Notes under the pieces: model-generated | The model's input: only the letters and a program-made list of their open reading frames with translations | The model's database searches: none | What the model was told of the DNA's origin: nothing | Origin: Gammaproteobacteria bacterium | GTDB taxonomy: Bacteria; Pseudomonadota; Gammaproteobacteria; JAJFKO01 | Length of the DNA: 64,000 bases | NCBI GenBank assembly: GCA_021773175.1 | Contig: JAJFKO010000043.1 | Coordinates: 87,757 to 151,756 of the forward strand | Direction: 5' to 3' | Program-made: the position numbers and the translations under genes | Part shown: piece after piece, positions 1 through 9,800 of the stretch | How the letters are laid out: every line of letters starts with the position of its first letter | Position numbering within the stretch: the first letter of the stretch is position 1

Positions 1-1
1 T

Positions 2-496
2 GTTCAGTCTAAAATTACTAAGTTTATGGCAGATCGTAATTTTTATCGTATTTATTGTTTATCACGTTTTTGTTCTGATTGTAGTTTATTACTCTGTACT
101 AATCGTTTTGATGAAAAAGAGTCAAATCCTGCAGAATTTTATAATAAAACGGTTGATGCATTTGAAAATTTTAGCTGTTACTTTATAAATAACGCGATGG
201 ATATTTTTCTAGAATATTTACCAGAACTTAAAAAAACACGCTTTGGCAGTGATGCTAATTTTCGTAATAATGTTATAAAAAATCGTGCGGACCCACCAAC
301 TGAGAAACTTAGCCAAGGTGAAATTGATGTGCTTTATTGGGCTGCTCAAGGAAAGACAGCGGAAGAAACCGCTATCTTATTGGGGCTGACGAAACATACC
401 TTAGAAACCTATCGTAAACGCGCCACCAATAAATTGAATGCTGCTAATATAACCCACGCGGTTTATTTAGCTCAACAGAATCAAATCATTGTTTAA
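2..496 (+). CDS. LuxR-family transcriptional regulator (5' end probably outside the window)
   Basis: C-terminal LuxR HTH (LSQGEIDVLYWAAQGKTAEETAILLGLTKHTLETYRKRATNKLNAANITHAV). The frame is open from base 2, upstream of the ATG at 26. Confidence 0.85.
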   Translation, partial: VQSKITKFMADRNFYRIYCLSRFCSDCSLLLCTNRFDEKESNPAEFYNKTVDAFENFSCYFINNAMDIFLEYLPELKKTRFGSDANFRNNVIKNRADPPTEKLSQGEIDVLYWAAQGKTAEETAILLGLTKHTLETYRKRATNKLNAANITHAVYLAQQNQIIV

Positions 497-526
497 AAAC
501 CTAATATCGTTAGGAAAACAAAACTC

Positions 527-549
527 ACAGTCCCAGATCTTGGAATAGT
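527..549 (+). promoter_or_regulatory. lux/tra-box-like imperfect palindrome upstream of the MFS gene
   Basis: acagtcccAGATCTtggaatagt, centred at 537.5; a TAAACT -10-like hexamer lies at 569-574. Confidence 0.45.
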
Positions 550-596
550 CAATAATCATAAGTTTATTTAAACTAGTCATCAGCATTAACTAACTA

Positions 597-1796
597 GTGA
601 GAGCTTTAATGAATTATAAAAGATTATTTGTCATGTTGAGTACCTGCAGTATGATTTTACTTATTAATCTTGATGCAACAATAGTAAACATGGCAATTCC
701 TAATATCGCTAGATCGTTGGGCGAGTCTATATCTATTGTACAGTGGCTTATTACCGGTTATTTTTTGACGGCAGGTGTGTTTTTCATTATCTGTGGAAAA
801 TTGGCGGATATCTTTAATAAAAAGTCGATTATGCTATTTGGGATTAGCTGTTTTCTTATTGCTTCGCTTGGGATCTTTATATATCAAAATGTATGGATGA
901 TTATTTCTTTGCGTATGATACAAGGTATCGGTTTTGCTGCCGTATTGAATTTAGCTCTTATGATTAATGCTGAAATTTTCCCACCAGAAAAGCGTGGTTT
1001 TATTTTAGGGGTATCAATAACGACTTCAGGTGTTGGTCAGGCTTTTGGCCCGATTATCGCGGGCAATATGCTAATGTATCTTAATTGGCACTACCTGTTT
1101 TTAATTAATATTCCTTTGTGTCTATTGGCATTAATAGGAATCAGTGTTTTCTATAGAGAAGCATTAGCCGCCAATGATTCTGTTAAATTAACAAGCCGCA
1201 GTGTCTTTACCATAAAGGAATATCCATCATTGCTGCTCGTGCGCGGGAACTTTACTTTGTCTTGGGCAGTATTATTCTTTTGTATTCCTATTTATTTACA
1301 GAATTATTTAATGTATTCCGCATTTCATTCTGGAGCTATAATATTCACCATGACGGCAATTTTTGGGATTGTATCAATTGTCGTTGGTTACTATTTAGAT
1401 ATATTTGGTTATAAGAAACTGTTGGTTATTGCAATGCTATTTGGCATCTCTGCGTTTTTCTTAATAATAATAGCCTTAATATCCAATCATATTACTATCT
1501 TTTTAATTGGAATAGGCTGCTTTGGTTTTTATTCAGGAATAATGATTCCGACAACGGTCTTTGTTGCTATGAAATTGTTACCAGAACAGCAGAGAGGCTT
1601 GGGTATGGGATTGTTTTTTACGATATCGTTTTTGGCTGCTGCTAGCGGCACTTTTATCGCCTCACGTTTTTTGAATACAGGATTTTCAATAGGACATATG
1701 TTTGAAGTAATATTAATTGCCTTATTGTTATGCTTTGTTGTATCGATTGGTTTGGGTTTACGAAGACTATTATTAGGATTTACGCAAAATGCTTGA
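597..1796 (+). CDS. MFS drug/H+ antiporter-like efflux permease
   Basis: DHA2-type N-terminus (LDATIVNMAIPNI; motif A GKLADIFNKK; RMIQGIG; motif C GQAFGPIIAG) and multiple hydrophobic segments. Confidence 0.9.
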   Translation: MRALMNYKRLFVMLSTCSMILLINLDATIVNMAIPNIARSLGESISIVQWLITGYFLTAGVFFIICGKLADIFNKKSIMLFGISCFLIASLGIFIYQNVWMIISLRMIQGIGFAAVLNLALMINAEIFPPEKRGFILGVSITTSGVGQAFGPIIAGNMLMYLNWHYLFLINIPLCLLALIGISVFYREALAANDSVKLTSRSVFTIKEYPSLLLVRGNFTLSWAVLFFCIPIYLQNYLMYSAFHSGAIIFTMTAIFGIVSIVVGYYLDIFGYKKLLVIAMLFGISAFFLIIIALISNHITIFLIGIGCFGFYSGIMIPTTVFVAMKLLPEQQRGLGMGLFFTISFLAAASGTFIASRFLNTGFSIGHMFEVILIALLLCFVVSIGLGLRRLLLGFTQNA

Positions 1797-1861
1797 TACT
1801 TTGTTAAACCTAGGTTAAAGGGTTTATTGTAAGTCCTAATTATTGGGGGAATAAATAAAAA

Positions 1862-2027
1862 AACGTCCATCAGACATCGCTAATTCTGAACCCGCTATAT
1901 AAATTTTGGTGATCTATGAGGTATATTAGGAATCCCAATCTAATTATCTGGGCTTTTCACACAACTCCTCAACCCGATCTCCTTACTACCTTACTTGAAC
2001 GGCTCAGGCATGATGTCTGATGAAGTT
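1862..2027 (-). ncRNA. ssrS: 6S RNA-like gene
   Basis: The minus strand folds as one long rod. Closing stem catcagacatc/gatgtctgatg (1868-1878 with 2012-2022); CCTGAGCCG pairs with GGGTTCAG as in enterobacterial 6S; an unpaired central bubble and an apical stem follow; length ~165 nt. Confidence 0.7.
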
Positions 2028-2033
2028 ATCTTT

Positions 2034-2062
2034 AATATAGTATGCAATAGGTTTTTCAGCAA
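2034..2062 (-). promoter_or_regulatory. sigma70 promoter of the 6S-like RNA
   Basis: Minus strand TTGCTG-17 bp-TATATT, placing +1 near 2027, the 5' end of the closing stem. Confidence 0.6.
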
Positions 2063-2158
2063 GTTCAAATCTTGAACAAGTTTAATATATTTCCTGCTTA
2101 ATATTTATGGCTTGTAAGATGCTTTTCGAAACGATAAGGTATGGCTTTTTTAACGTAG

Positions 2159-3790
2159 ATGGAAGACCTTATGACGAGTATGGAAACACAATATCAACAA
2201 GCAGAAGAGCTATTTAGGCAAGGTAATATTAGTGACGCAGAGAAGCTCTGTGTTGATATTTTAAAGGAAACACCCGATTCACATCATATTTTACATTTAC
2301 TTGGTATCATTGCTTTCACGCAGAAAAACTATCAACGAGCATTACAATGTTTACAACGAGCGGTTAATTTGAATGAAAATGATCCTGTGTATCATAATCA
2401 TTTAGGCAATTTATTGCGTGTTGGTGGTGATACAGCTAGCGCGATGGCGCATTATCAACGAGCATTAACAATACAACCCGAGTTTGCTGAAGCAGCAAAT
2501 AATTTAGGAAATATCTGTTATCAAAATGGTGGTTTTCAAGAAGCATTGAAACACTATCAAACCGCAGTTGAGTTGCAAATGGAATATGTGGATGCTCGTT
2601 TAAACATGGCTTATACCTTAGTGAAATTAACAGAAATAGACGCCGCAATAAAACAGTTGAACAAAGTTGTCACTATGTCACAAAATGCAGATTTACTACT
2701 CAGCGCTGAATTACTATTAGCAAAATTGTATTACCAACAAAATGAATATCAACAATCAGTGGATCACTGTCAACAAGCATTGAAATTCTCAGCCAATAAT
2801 TTCGCAACACGGCAGTTATTAGCTCATAACTATTTATTGCTTTGTGATTTTGATAATGCAATTCGTCAATATAGTGTTGTGTTGGAACAAGATGCTACTG
2901 ATACCTTTGCTCATTACAATATGGGAACGTTATTACTGGGTAAACGTAATTTAGATGCTGCGGCATTTCATTTCCGTCAAGTTTTGCAATATGAGCCAGA
3001 ACATTTTGACGCGTTGGTTAACTTGGCAGCCATCGATTTAACACAAGGAAAGCAAGTAGCAGCATTGGAGCTATATAATAAAGCGTTATTGTTAAGACCA
3101 GATGATGTTAATGTTAAATATACCTTAACAGCATTACAGCAATCGGCTAATCCTAGGCAAGCCCCGGCTGAATATATCAAGCCATTATTTGATAGTTATG
3201 CGCATCGTTATGATCAGCATTTACAGCAAGAGCTAGATTATCAAACCCCGCAATTTGTTTATGAGCAAGTTAAGAAAATTTATCAACAGCGTCAGCAACG
3301 TTTACGTATTTTAGATCTCGGTTGTGGTACAGGTTTAGCCGGCACACAGTTGACAGAGTTTAGTTCTCATTTAACCGGTGTCGATTTATCACCGCGTATG
3401 TTGGAAATAGCACACTATAAAGAATGTTATGATGAACTAATTGAAGATGACATTGAACATTACTTAACAAACTGTGACGATAGCTACGATATTATTATTG
3501 CAGCAGATGTTTTTATTTATTTTGGCGAATTAAAAAGTATTTTACCTGCCTGTCAGCAACATTTAACAGCGCAAGGTTCATTGCTATTTTCAGTCGAGAA
3601 GCATGTTGAATCTGAAGCGTATCATTTACAAAACACTGGGCGCTATACCCATAGTCGTAATTATCTTGAACAAGTCTTGCAAGAAAGTTCGCTTCTATTA
3701 CAACATTGCGACGCGGTAAAATTACGTCAACAACAAGAAGAAGAGGTGACGGGTTATTTTGTTATTGCGCAAAAAATAGAAACTACTTAA
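2159..3790 (+). CDS. TPR-repeat protein with C-terminal class I SAM-dependent methyltransferase
   Basis: About 9 TPR units (e.g. YHNHLGNLL, AANNLGNIC, AHYNMGTLL), then LFDSYAHRYD, ILDLGCGTG and GVDLSPRML. Confidence 0.9.
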   Translation: MEDLMTSMETQYQQAEELFRQGNISDAEKLCVDILKETPDSHHILHLLGIIAFTQKNYQRALQCLQRAVNLNENDPVYHNHLGNLLRVGGDTASAMAHYQRALTIQPEFAEAANNLGNICYQNGGFQEALKHYQTAVELQMEYVDARLNMAYTLVKLTEIDAAIKQLNKVVTMSQNADLLLSAELLLAKLYYQQNEYQQSVDHCQQALKFSANNFATRQLLAHNYLLLCDFDNAIRQYSVVLEQDATDTFAHYNMGTLLLGKRNLDAAAFHFRQVLQYEPEHFDALVNLAAIDLTQGKQVAALELYNKALLLRPDDVNVKYTLTALQQSANPRQAPAEYIKPLFDSYAHRYDQHLQQELDYQTPQFVYEQVKKIYQQRQQRLRILDLGCGTGLAGTQLTEFSSHLTGVDLSPRMLEIAHYKECYDELIEDDIEHYLTNCDDSYDIIIAADVFIYFGELKSILPACQQHLTAQGSLLFSVEKHVESEAYHLQNTGRYTHSRNYLEQVLQESSLLLQHCDAVKLRQQQEEEVTGYFVIAQKIETT

Positions 3791-3957
3791 GAAGCTGGTC
3801 AAAAACTGTTGCTAATAATGCTATTCCCGCTTTTTATTTCCCGAAACTTCTTTCCCTGAAAAAACTATGTTATTGTTACGTCTACTTTTTCTGGCTGTTG
3901 AAGCGCAGCAGAACAAAGTTTATAACAATAACTCCCACATGGATTAGGAGAGAGAAT

Positions 3958-4647
3958 ATGAAAAGTGATAAGGTAATTAAAGCTGGAGGATGGTGTCTCA
4001 TTATCCTGGCATTATTATGGGTTGGCGGTGTCGTCTTCTTTGATATAGTTTTTGGTTATCCGGCAATGATTTCTCATGACCCGGCAAACTCATTAACCGC
4101 TCTTTTATCTCGCGGTGCCTCACTACGAATTTGTTTATTATTTTATGCCTTAACGCCTCTTCTACTTATTCCTGGTAGTATTGGTGCTTTTTGTGCATTG
4201 CGTAATGCTGCTGAAGGGGCTGCCCGCACAGCGAAGTCGATTGCTGTCATTGTAGCAATTACAGCAATGTTAGGACTCTTCCTTTGGGGTGGTGTTGCTT
4301 GGCATATTGCAACATTTTTAGTTCAAGTACATCAACATGAAACAAGTTTATTATCGATATTATTTGTTTTTATGTACTACTTTGGCTTATTGATTGGAAA
4401 CTATGTTGCTCAAGGCTGTTTAGCATTTTGGGTGTTACTACAAAGTTATGCCATCATTAAAGATAAAGAGATGCCAAGCTGGTACGGAGTTATTGGTTGG
4501 ATAGTTGGAATTATTGTTTTGATTGCTATTTTCTTACGTATGGCATCAATCTCAATTTATCCTGATATCTTTATTGAATTAGTACCACTTAATGCATTCT
4601 TTATGTTTATCTTTGGTGTGGGTTTATTAGCTCATAAAACAAAGTAA
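3958..4647 (+). CDS. Integral membrane protein (DUF4386-like)
   Basis: AGGAG RBS before the ATG at 3958 (MKSDK); about 6 TM helices; FGYP loop motif. Confidence 0.65.
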   Translation: MKSDKVIKAGGWCLIILALLWVGGVVFFDIVFGYPAMISHDPANSLTALLSRGASLRICLLFYALTPLLLIPGSIGAFCALRNAAEGAARTAKSIAVIVAITAMLGLFLWGGVAWHIATFLVQVHQHETSLLSILFVFMYYFGLLIGNYVAQGCLAFWVLLQSYAIIKDKEMPSWYGVIGWIVGIIVLIAIFLRMASISIYPDIFIELVPLNAFFMFIFGVGLLAHKTK

Positions 4648-4663
4648 TCTAGTCATTTTCAAG

Positions 4664-4693
4664 AAAAGCCGGAGTATCTCCGGCTTTTTTTTT
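4664..4693 (+). terminator. Rho-independent terminator
   Basis: aaaagccggag-tat-ctccggc followed by a T run. Confidence 0.85.
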
Positions 4694-4851
4694 GCTAGGA
4701 TTTTACATTATCAACTTTACCAAATGACCTGAAAGAGTCTCTTTACCGATTGTAAGGTGCTTTATTTTTAGTGATGTACTTATGGTATTATGGTTTACAT
4801 TTGCACATTTTATTATTATGATGGCATAGTTATTCTATCTAGGAGCTTGCC

Positions 4852-6636
4852 ATGTTTACCTTTCCTGGTGCTTTGTTACAGAAAGACCGCTCTTGGGGAG
4901 TGCGTAATTTTTTATGCGCACCTTTTAATCTTGAGACTCAGGCTTTGCAAGAAAGATTATCGTTTAAGCGAATAGGCGAAATCATGGATGGTCCCGGAAC
5001 TGATTTAGATAAGCTAGAGCAGATCTGTGCAATTAAACAGGGTTTAAAAACTGTCGCGACAAAGAATCACCTCGTTATTGGTATATTAAGAATTTTATAT
5101 GCCAGTCATCAATTTATACCCTCGAAAGAAATTATCGAAGCTCGAGCTCAAGTCCTTGATTATTTTCATGCTATCTTTGCAAAAAATCAACCTACGATAA
5201 AGATTTGTTGTTTTTTACAAGTCCAATTAAAGGATGGCGAAAACTCATCTGAAGAATGGGTTGCTAGCTTACAAAAGAAAATGCAACAACGTGTTGCAGA
5301 GTTAGATGCAAAAACATCTACAACTGCTGGCGGTGATTTAGTTCCAGAAGAGACTGAAGAACGAGCTAATTGTGGTTCGGTTTTAGAGTTATTAAAGTTA
5401 TTTACATTATTGCAACAGGAATGCCAAAAAGTGAAGCCTAGAAAGGGCATTACAACGTTAGTTGCAGTGTTTAATAAATTTTTGCAAACGGTTAAAGATG
5501 CAAAACAAGAGGCAGACATTGAAAAGGCCTGTGAGCAAATGAAACTGGCCATTATATTTTATACGCAACGTTGGTTTTTGCCTGCTCTAACAACACATAA
5601 GCATTATCCGCATAGAGTTAGATATTCAGTATCAAAAGGTGAATTTTGCGTACGACAACATGGTGATGTAAATCCTCATACAGCTTGGTTTTTGCAAGTC
5701 ATCAGTGAATTAAACAGAGAGTGCGGTTTTGAAGGTAACTTCGATTTAAAATGGCTGAATGGCGTAACAATCAAGCGAGGTTATGTTATTCCAGCTGATG
5801 TACGTCATGTTTTGCAGGCAGAATATCTACAACCATTATTGCAGGAACTTCGACAATTAAATGCTGATTATGCTTTAAAACACTCTAACAATATTGTAAA
5901 AGTTGTCGTAGCCTTACCGCAATTGCAAGGTGAATCTCAAAGTCAAACAGAACTAGTTGAACATATAACAAGAGGTGAGGACGCGATATACTTTTTGAAA
6001 GAAGATGATGATGTCTTATTTTTGAAGTTAGCATTAGCAAGTACTAACTGGGCATTGCAAGCAGTTGCTAATGCATTCAAAAAATTCTATGCAGAAAGAT
6101 CTGCAGATAATAATGATTATGCTAAAGCCGTACGCGTTAGTGCGGGCTTACAACGTAGGCATAAGGTCTCAGTTGAGCAGCAAAATGCTGTTACAATATT
6201 ATTCTATGTGGCAGCACAGCTTAATTCTGATTTTAAACTCGATGAAGCTAAGCTCTTAGAGTCAAAGAAGCTCGTAAAATTAGTTGATAAATACACCAGC
6301 AAAAAATCTGTTAAGGACTTTTCTGGTCTCGCTACAGCAATACAAGAAGTGTTACAAGAGTTACCGACTATAAAGCTAACTGTGTATCATAATCCTTTGT
6401 TTGCTGCATCAGAAGGAAGTCCTAAGCCTGCTGGACGTCAGCGCGCTGAAACAAAAGAGAAAGTTGTATTACCAGAATGGATATTAACAAGTGGTGCTGG
6501 TGCTAGTAATCAAAGTGTTAAAGGCGGTAGTCCAGGAACACCAAGACGTAGAGATGAGGCTAAAAAAGGTAGTAGAGTCCCCCCTCGTTCAATTTCTTCT
6601 CGCGGGATGAGATATAACCCTGACGTCATAATGTAA
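4852..6636 (+). CDS. Hypothetical helical protein with disordered basic C-tail (effector-like orphan)
   Basis: 594-aa ORF with an AGGAG RBS and no recognisable domain; S/G/P/R-rich tail. Confidence 0.7.
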   Translation: MFTFPGALLQKDRSWGVRNFLCAPFNLETQALQERLSFKRIGEIMDGPGTDLDKLEQICAIKQGLKTVATKNHLVIGILRILYASHQFIPSKEIIEARAQVLDYFHAIFAKNQPTIKICCFLQVQLKDGENSSEEWVASLQKKMQQRVAELDAKTSTTAGGDLVPEETEERANCGSVLELLKLFTLLQQECQKVKPRKGITTLVAVFNKFLQTVKDAKQEADIEKACEQMKLAIIFYTQRWFLPALTTHKHYPHRVRYSVSKGEFCVRQHGDVNPHTAWFLQVISELNRECGFEGNFDLKWLNGVTIKRGYVIPADVRHVLQAEYLQPLLQELRQLNADYALKHSNNIVKVVVALPQLQGESQSQTELVEHITRGEDAIYFLKEDDDVLFLKLALASTNWALQAVANAFKKFYAERSADNNDYAKAVRVSAGLQRRHKVSVEQQNAVTILFYVAAQLNSDFKLDEAKLLESKKLVKLVDKYTSKKSVKDFSGLATAIQEVLQELPTIKLTVYHNPLFAASEGSPKPAGRQRAETKEKVVLPEWILTSGAGASNQSVKGGSPGTPRRRDEAKKGSRVPPRSISSRGMRYNPDVIM

Positions 6637-6758
6637 ACAAATTTAGTTTAATTTCAAAAGTCTAATCAGCAAATATCCACAATATATTGGCTATATCTCC
6701 TTGCTGAGATTCGACCAATTGGTAGCTATTTAACTTACCATTAAAGCGCATAAAAATT

Positions 6759-6787
6759 TTGCAAGTTGTTGTAAAAATGTGTAATAT
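6759..6787 (+). promoter_or_regulatory. sigma70-type promoter of the giant ORF
   Basis: TTGCAA-17 bp-TAATAT, ending ~46 bp before the ATG at 6834; GAGG RBS. Confidence 0.5.
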
Positions 6788-6833
6788 TGGCCAAATTTAT
6801 TCCTAATAATTATAAAGTAGAGGTTCTATTAAA

Positions 6834-9800
6834 ATGCCTAGAGGTAAGAAGAGAGTTGTGGTGCACGGGAAGCAAGATTCAGGACTTGATAATAGTTCGT
6901 TACAAGAAGCTTTAAGAACAACAATGGCGCAATATAATGAGCGAGGACAAGCATCACGTGAGAGTACACAAAAAGAAATATATGTTTCTCGTCAAGTTGA
7001 TAGTATTGCAAGTTCACTGAAAGCTTTGGAAATTGTCGTTAACAGATTAGTTGGCATGGAAGCGCATAGAACTCGTGATTTTCATGGCATGGCTTCTGAT
7101 GTCACTGAGCAATTAGTTGATATTGCTCGAGTGCTAGAGCATAAATTTTCTGCAACAGAAGCTGCTGAGTTAGAAGTAAAAGAAGTTTTAACAGGAAAGA
7201 AATTACTAGAAAAAGGCGTTCTCGATAACTTTGCAAAAGATATTATAAAAAGATTAGAAGAGCTACATGCTTCGGTATTCAATAAACTCAGTGCTAAAAA
7301 CTTAAAAGCAAATAATGCCTTAGGAGATATGCAAAGACAAGGTTTGGAAGGTAAGTCAGCCACTTTAAACTTTGCATATCTACTTCTGCAATTGGATACA
7401 ATTAAAAGACTAAGTGTATTCTGTCAACAACATTTTGTGACAAGAAAATTAAGAAAGAAAGATCCCTTATTTATTTTCTTAAATACAAACTATCAATCTG
7501 GTATCAGTAATTGCATACTGAGAATCAGAGAAGATGCGGTTGCATACACAAGGGTATCATTGGGTACGATCACGCGACTCAGGCAGCAACAATTAGAAAA
7601 TTTTTCGATTGAAACCGGGGATACAATATTCAGCTTAGTACATGACTTGCTTATGCTGGCCGCAACTGAACACTATGAGCATAGTCCGGAGGATTATCAA
7701 AAGATGCTTGCTGCATGTGACGTAAGCCTAGAAAGTTTATGGGTGCAATGGCAGGCGGACAAAAGTAATTTACAGATATTATTACATCTAGTACAACTCC
7801 TTTATCTGGAAATCAAAATATCATTAGCTCAGCAGCGCATTAGAACAGAAGAATTGCACAAGCTTAAAGACAATCAGCCAGGAGATGAATTAAAATTATC
7901 CTTGGAGGCTATATTAGATCGACTGATCGATCTTGGTGAAAAATGGCAAGAGATTATTATTTATGCGCAACAGGTAGAGGAGCTTAGCGATACAGAAAGA
8001 AATAAACCTCATGTGTTAGAGTTAAGCAGAATGTTTGATATGACAAAATCGTGGGTCATGCCAAAGTATGTTGAGCAAGTAGGGCAACCTCTGATTGTAA
8101 GCATTACTGAAAATATCAAGGCACTATCTTCTGGTGCCCTGGATATGAAGGCTATGTCGGAACAAATAAAACGTGCGATGATTTTTGCTAATGTTGTGCA
8201 AATTGAAATGGCGGGTAACCAGTTAAACGTTAGTAGAACGAATCTTCTAGAGATGCGGCCACAACCTGATACATCAAGAAATATTGGCGTACTTACCTCG
8301 GCGCAACTTGCTATGCGTGAAGCGATTAAAGGTATTCTTGATGATGCCTATGAAATGTTACTAACAGCATTCCAATTTTTAGTTGATTATATGGTCGAGT
8401 ATCAATCTGTTGACTTGCAGACTCCCATTATGCAGCAATTGTCAGCATGGCTAATGATGGTGTTTAGTTTAATCGTTGTACCAGACTATCAGCCAAAATG
8501 TTTAGCGGAACTTGGTGAGACTGCCAGTGATTTGTATGTTTGTGTGATGCAGCCATTGACAATGATTATTGATGAGTTTAGAAATGCAAAAATCTTAGAC
8601 TTTAGTTCTGGTATGGCTCGCGAAAAATTTATTTTACAGCAGGATAGATTGCTCGATAGTGCTTTATTTGCGATGAGACATCGTGTTACAAAAATCCATG
8701 CTGCTGGCTTGTTAGAATTACGTAGAGTTGCAATGTCAGTTCAAATCCCTGCCCTGATAGGTTTTCTATCACGAGAGTTTATTGAGGTATTATCAGAATA
8801 CTTTACCAGTGGTGTTGAGTTTGCAACTGCCGCAGAGTGTCGAGCTGCATTTTCTGCTATCGAAATTGAAATTTTAGATGATTTATCATTAGTTGCTAAT
8901 CTGCAAAAACAAGAAGCAGCAATTCAAAGAGCCTATGAGAAGTATACAAAGCTATTTGTTTTATCAAACATCATTACTTTATTAGAAGCGGTTAATTCAA
9001 CATTTAAATGTAAACTCAATTTGCCTGGATTTCTAAAGGACATTGATTTAACAATGCTGAAATCAACACTAGCAAAGATTCTTACTGAAACAGATAATAG
9101 AATAAAAGTACAAATGGATACGGTGCTGCGTTTAAAACTGACCAGCAATTTAGTTGCTAGCACCGCAACAGATAAAAAGCCCCCAGAACAGGGACATATG
9201 TGTATTCTTCTCGCTCAAAAAGCTGTTGTAGAAAGAATGGCTTTTTTCATGGATGAAATCAAAGGACCGTATGAGTTTAGATATCGCTGGTTGGTTTACA
9301 AAACTAATTTTCGTCTTGGTGCTCTAGCACAAAAAGAATTTTCTCAAACACACTTAACAACGCAGAAAGAAAATGCACAATTAATACAAGAATACTTAGT
9401 CGCGGCTGTTGATGCGTTTATCTGTCTTTGTCGTTTAGTTGCCACTGAGCCAGCTCTATGTGTCATTTACTATGACATGTTATCAGAACAAAGGCATATC
9501 TTATTAACAATGTTGGAGAGAGTTAATATTACGGCAATGGGCTATAGTAGTCCTAAAATGCAACATGTTTTTACTGCGGCTAAATCCAGTTTAACTAATG
9601 GCGAAGGTATTGATGATGATATAAATGTTTTATTACTTTTAAATCGAATTGAATTATTCAAGATGCTCATTACAGGATGTCCGCCGCGACTTGCTAGCAT
9701 GTTGACAAGTACTGATAGAATAGACACTAGTGAACGTAAACCGGTAAATATTATTACTGCCATTATTAGCTTAAGAGCTATAACAGAAGAATTTATGCTT

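Noticed and set aside
3706-3957. N-terminal extension of the membrane protein ORF
   Set aside because: It overlaps the upstream gene; a strong RBS supports the ATG at 3958.
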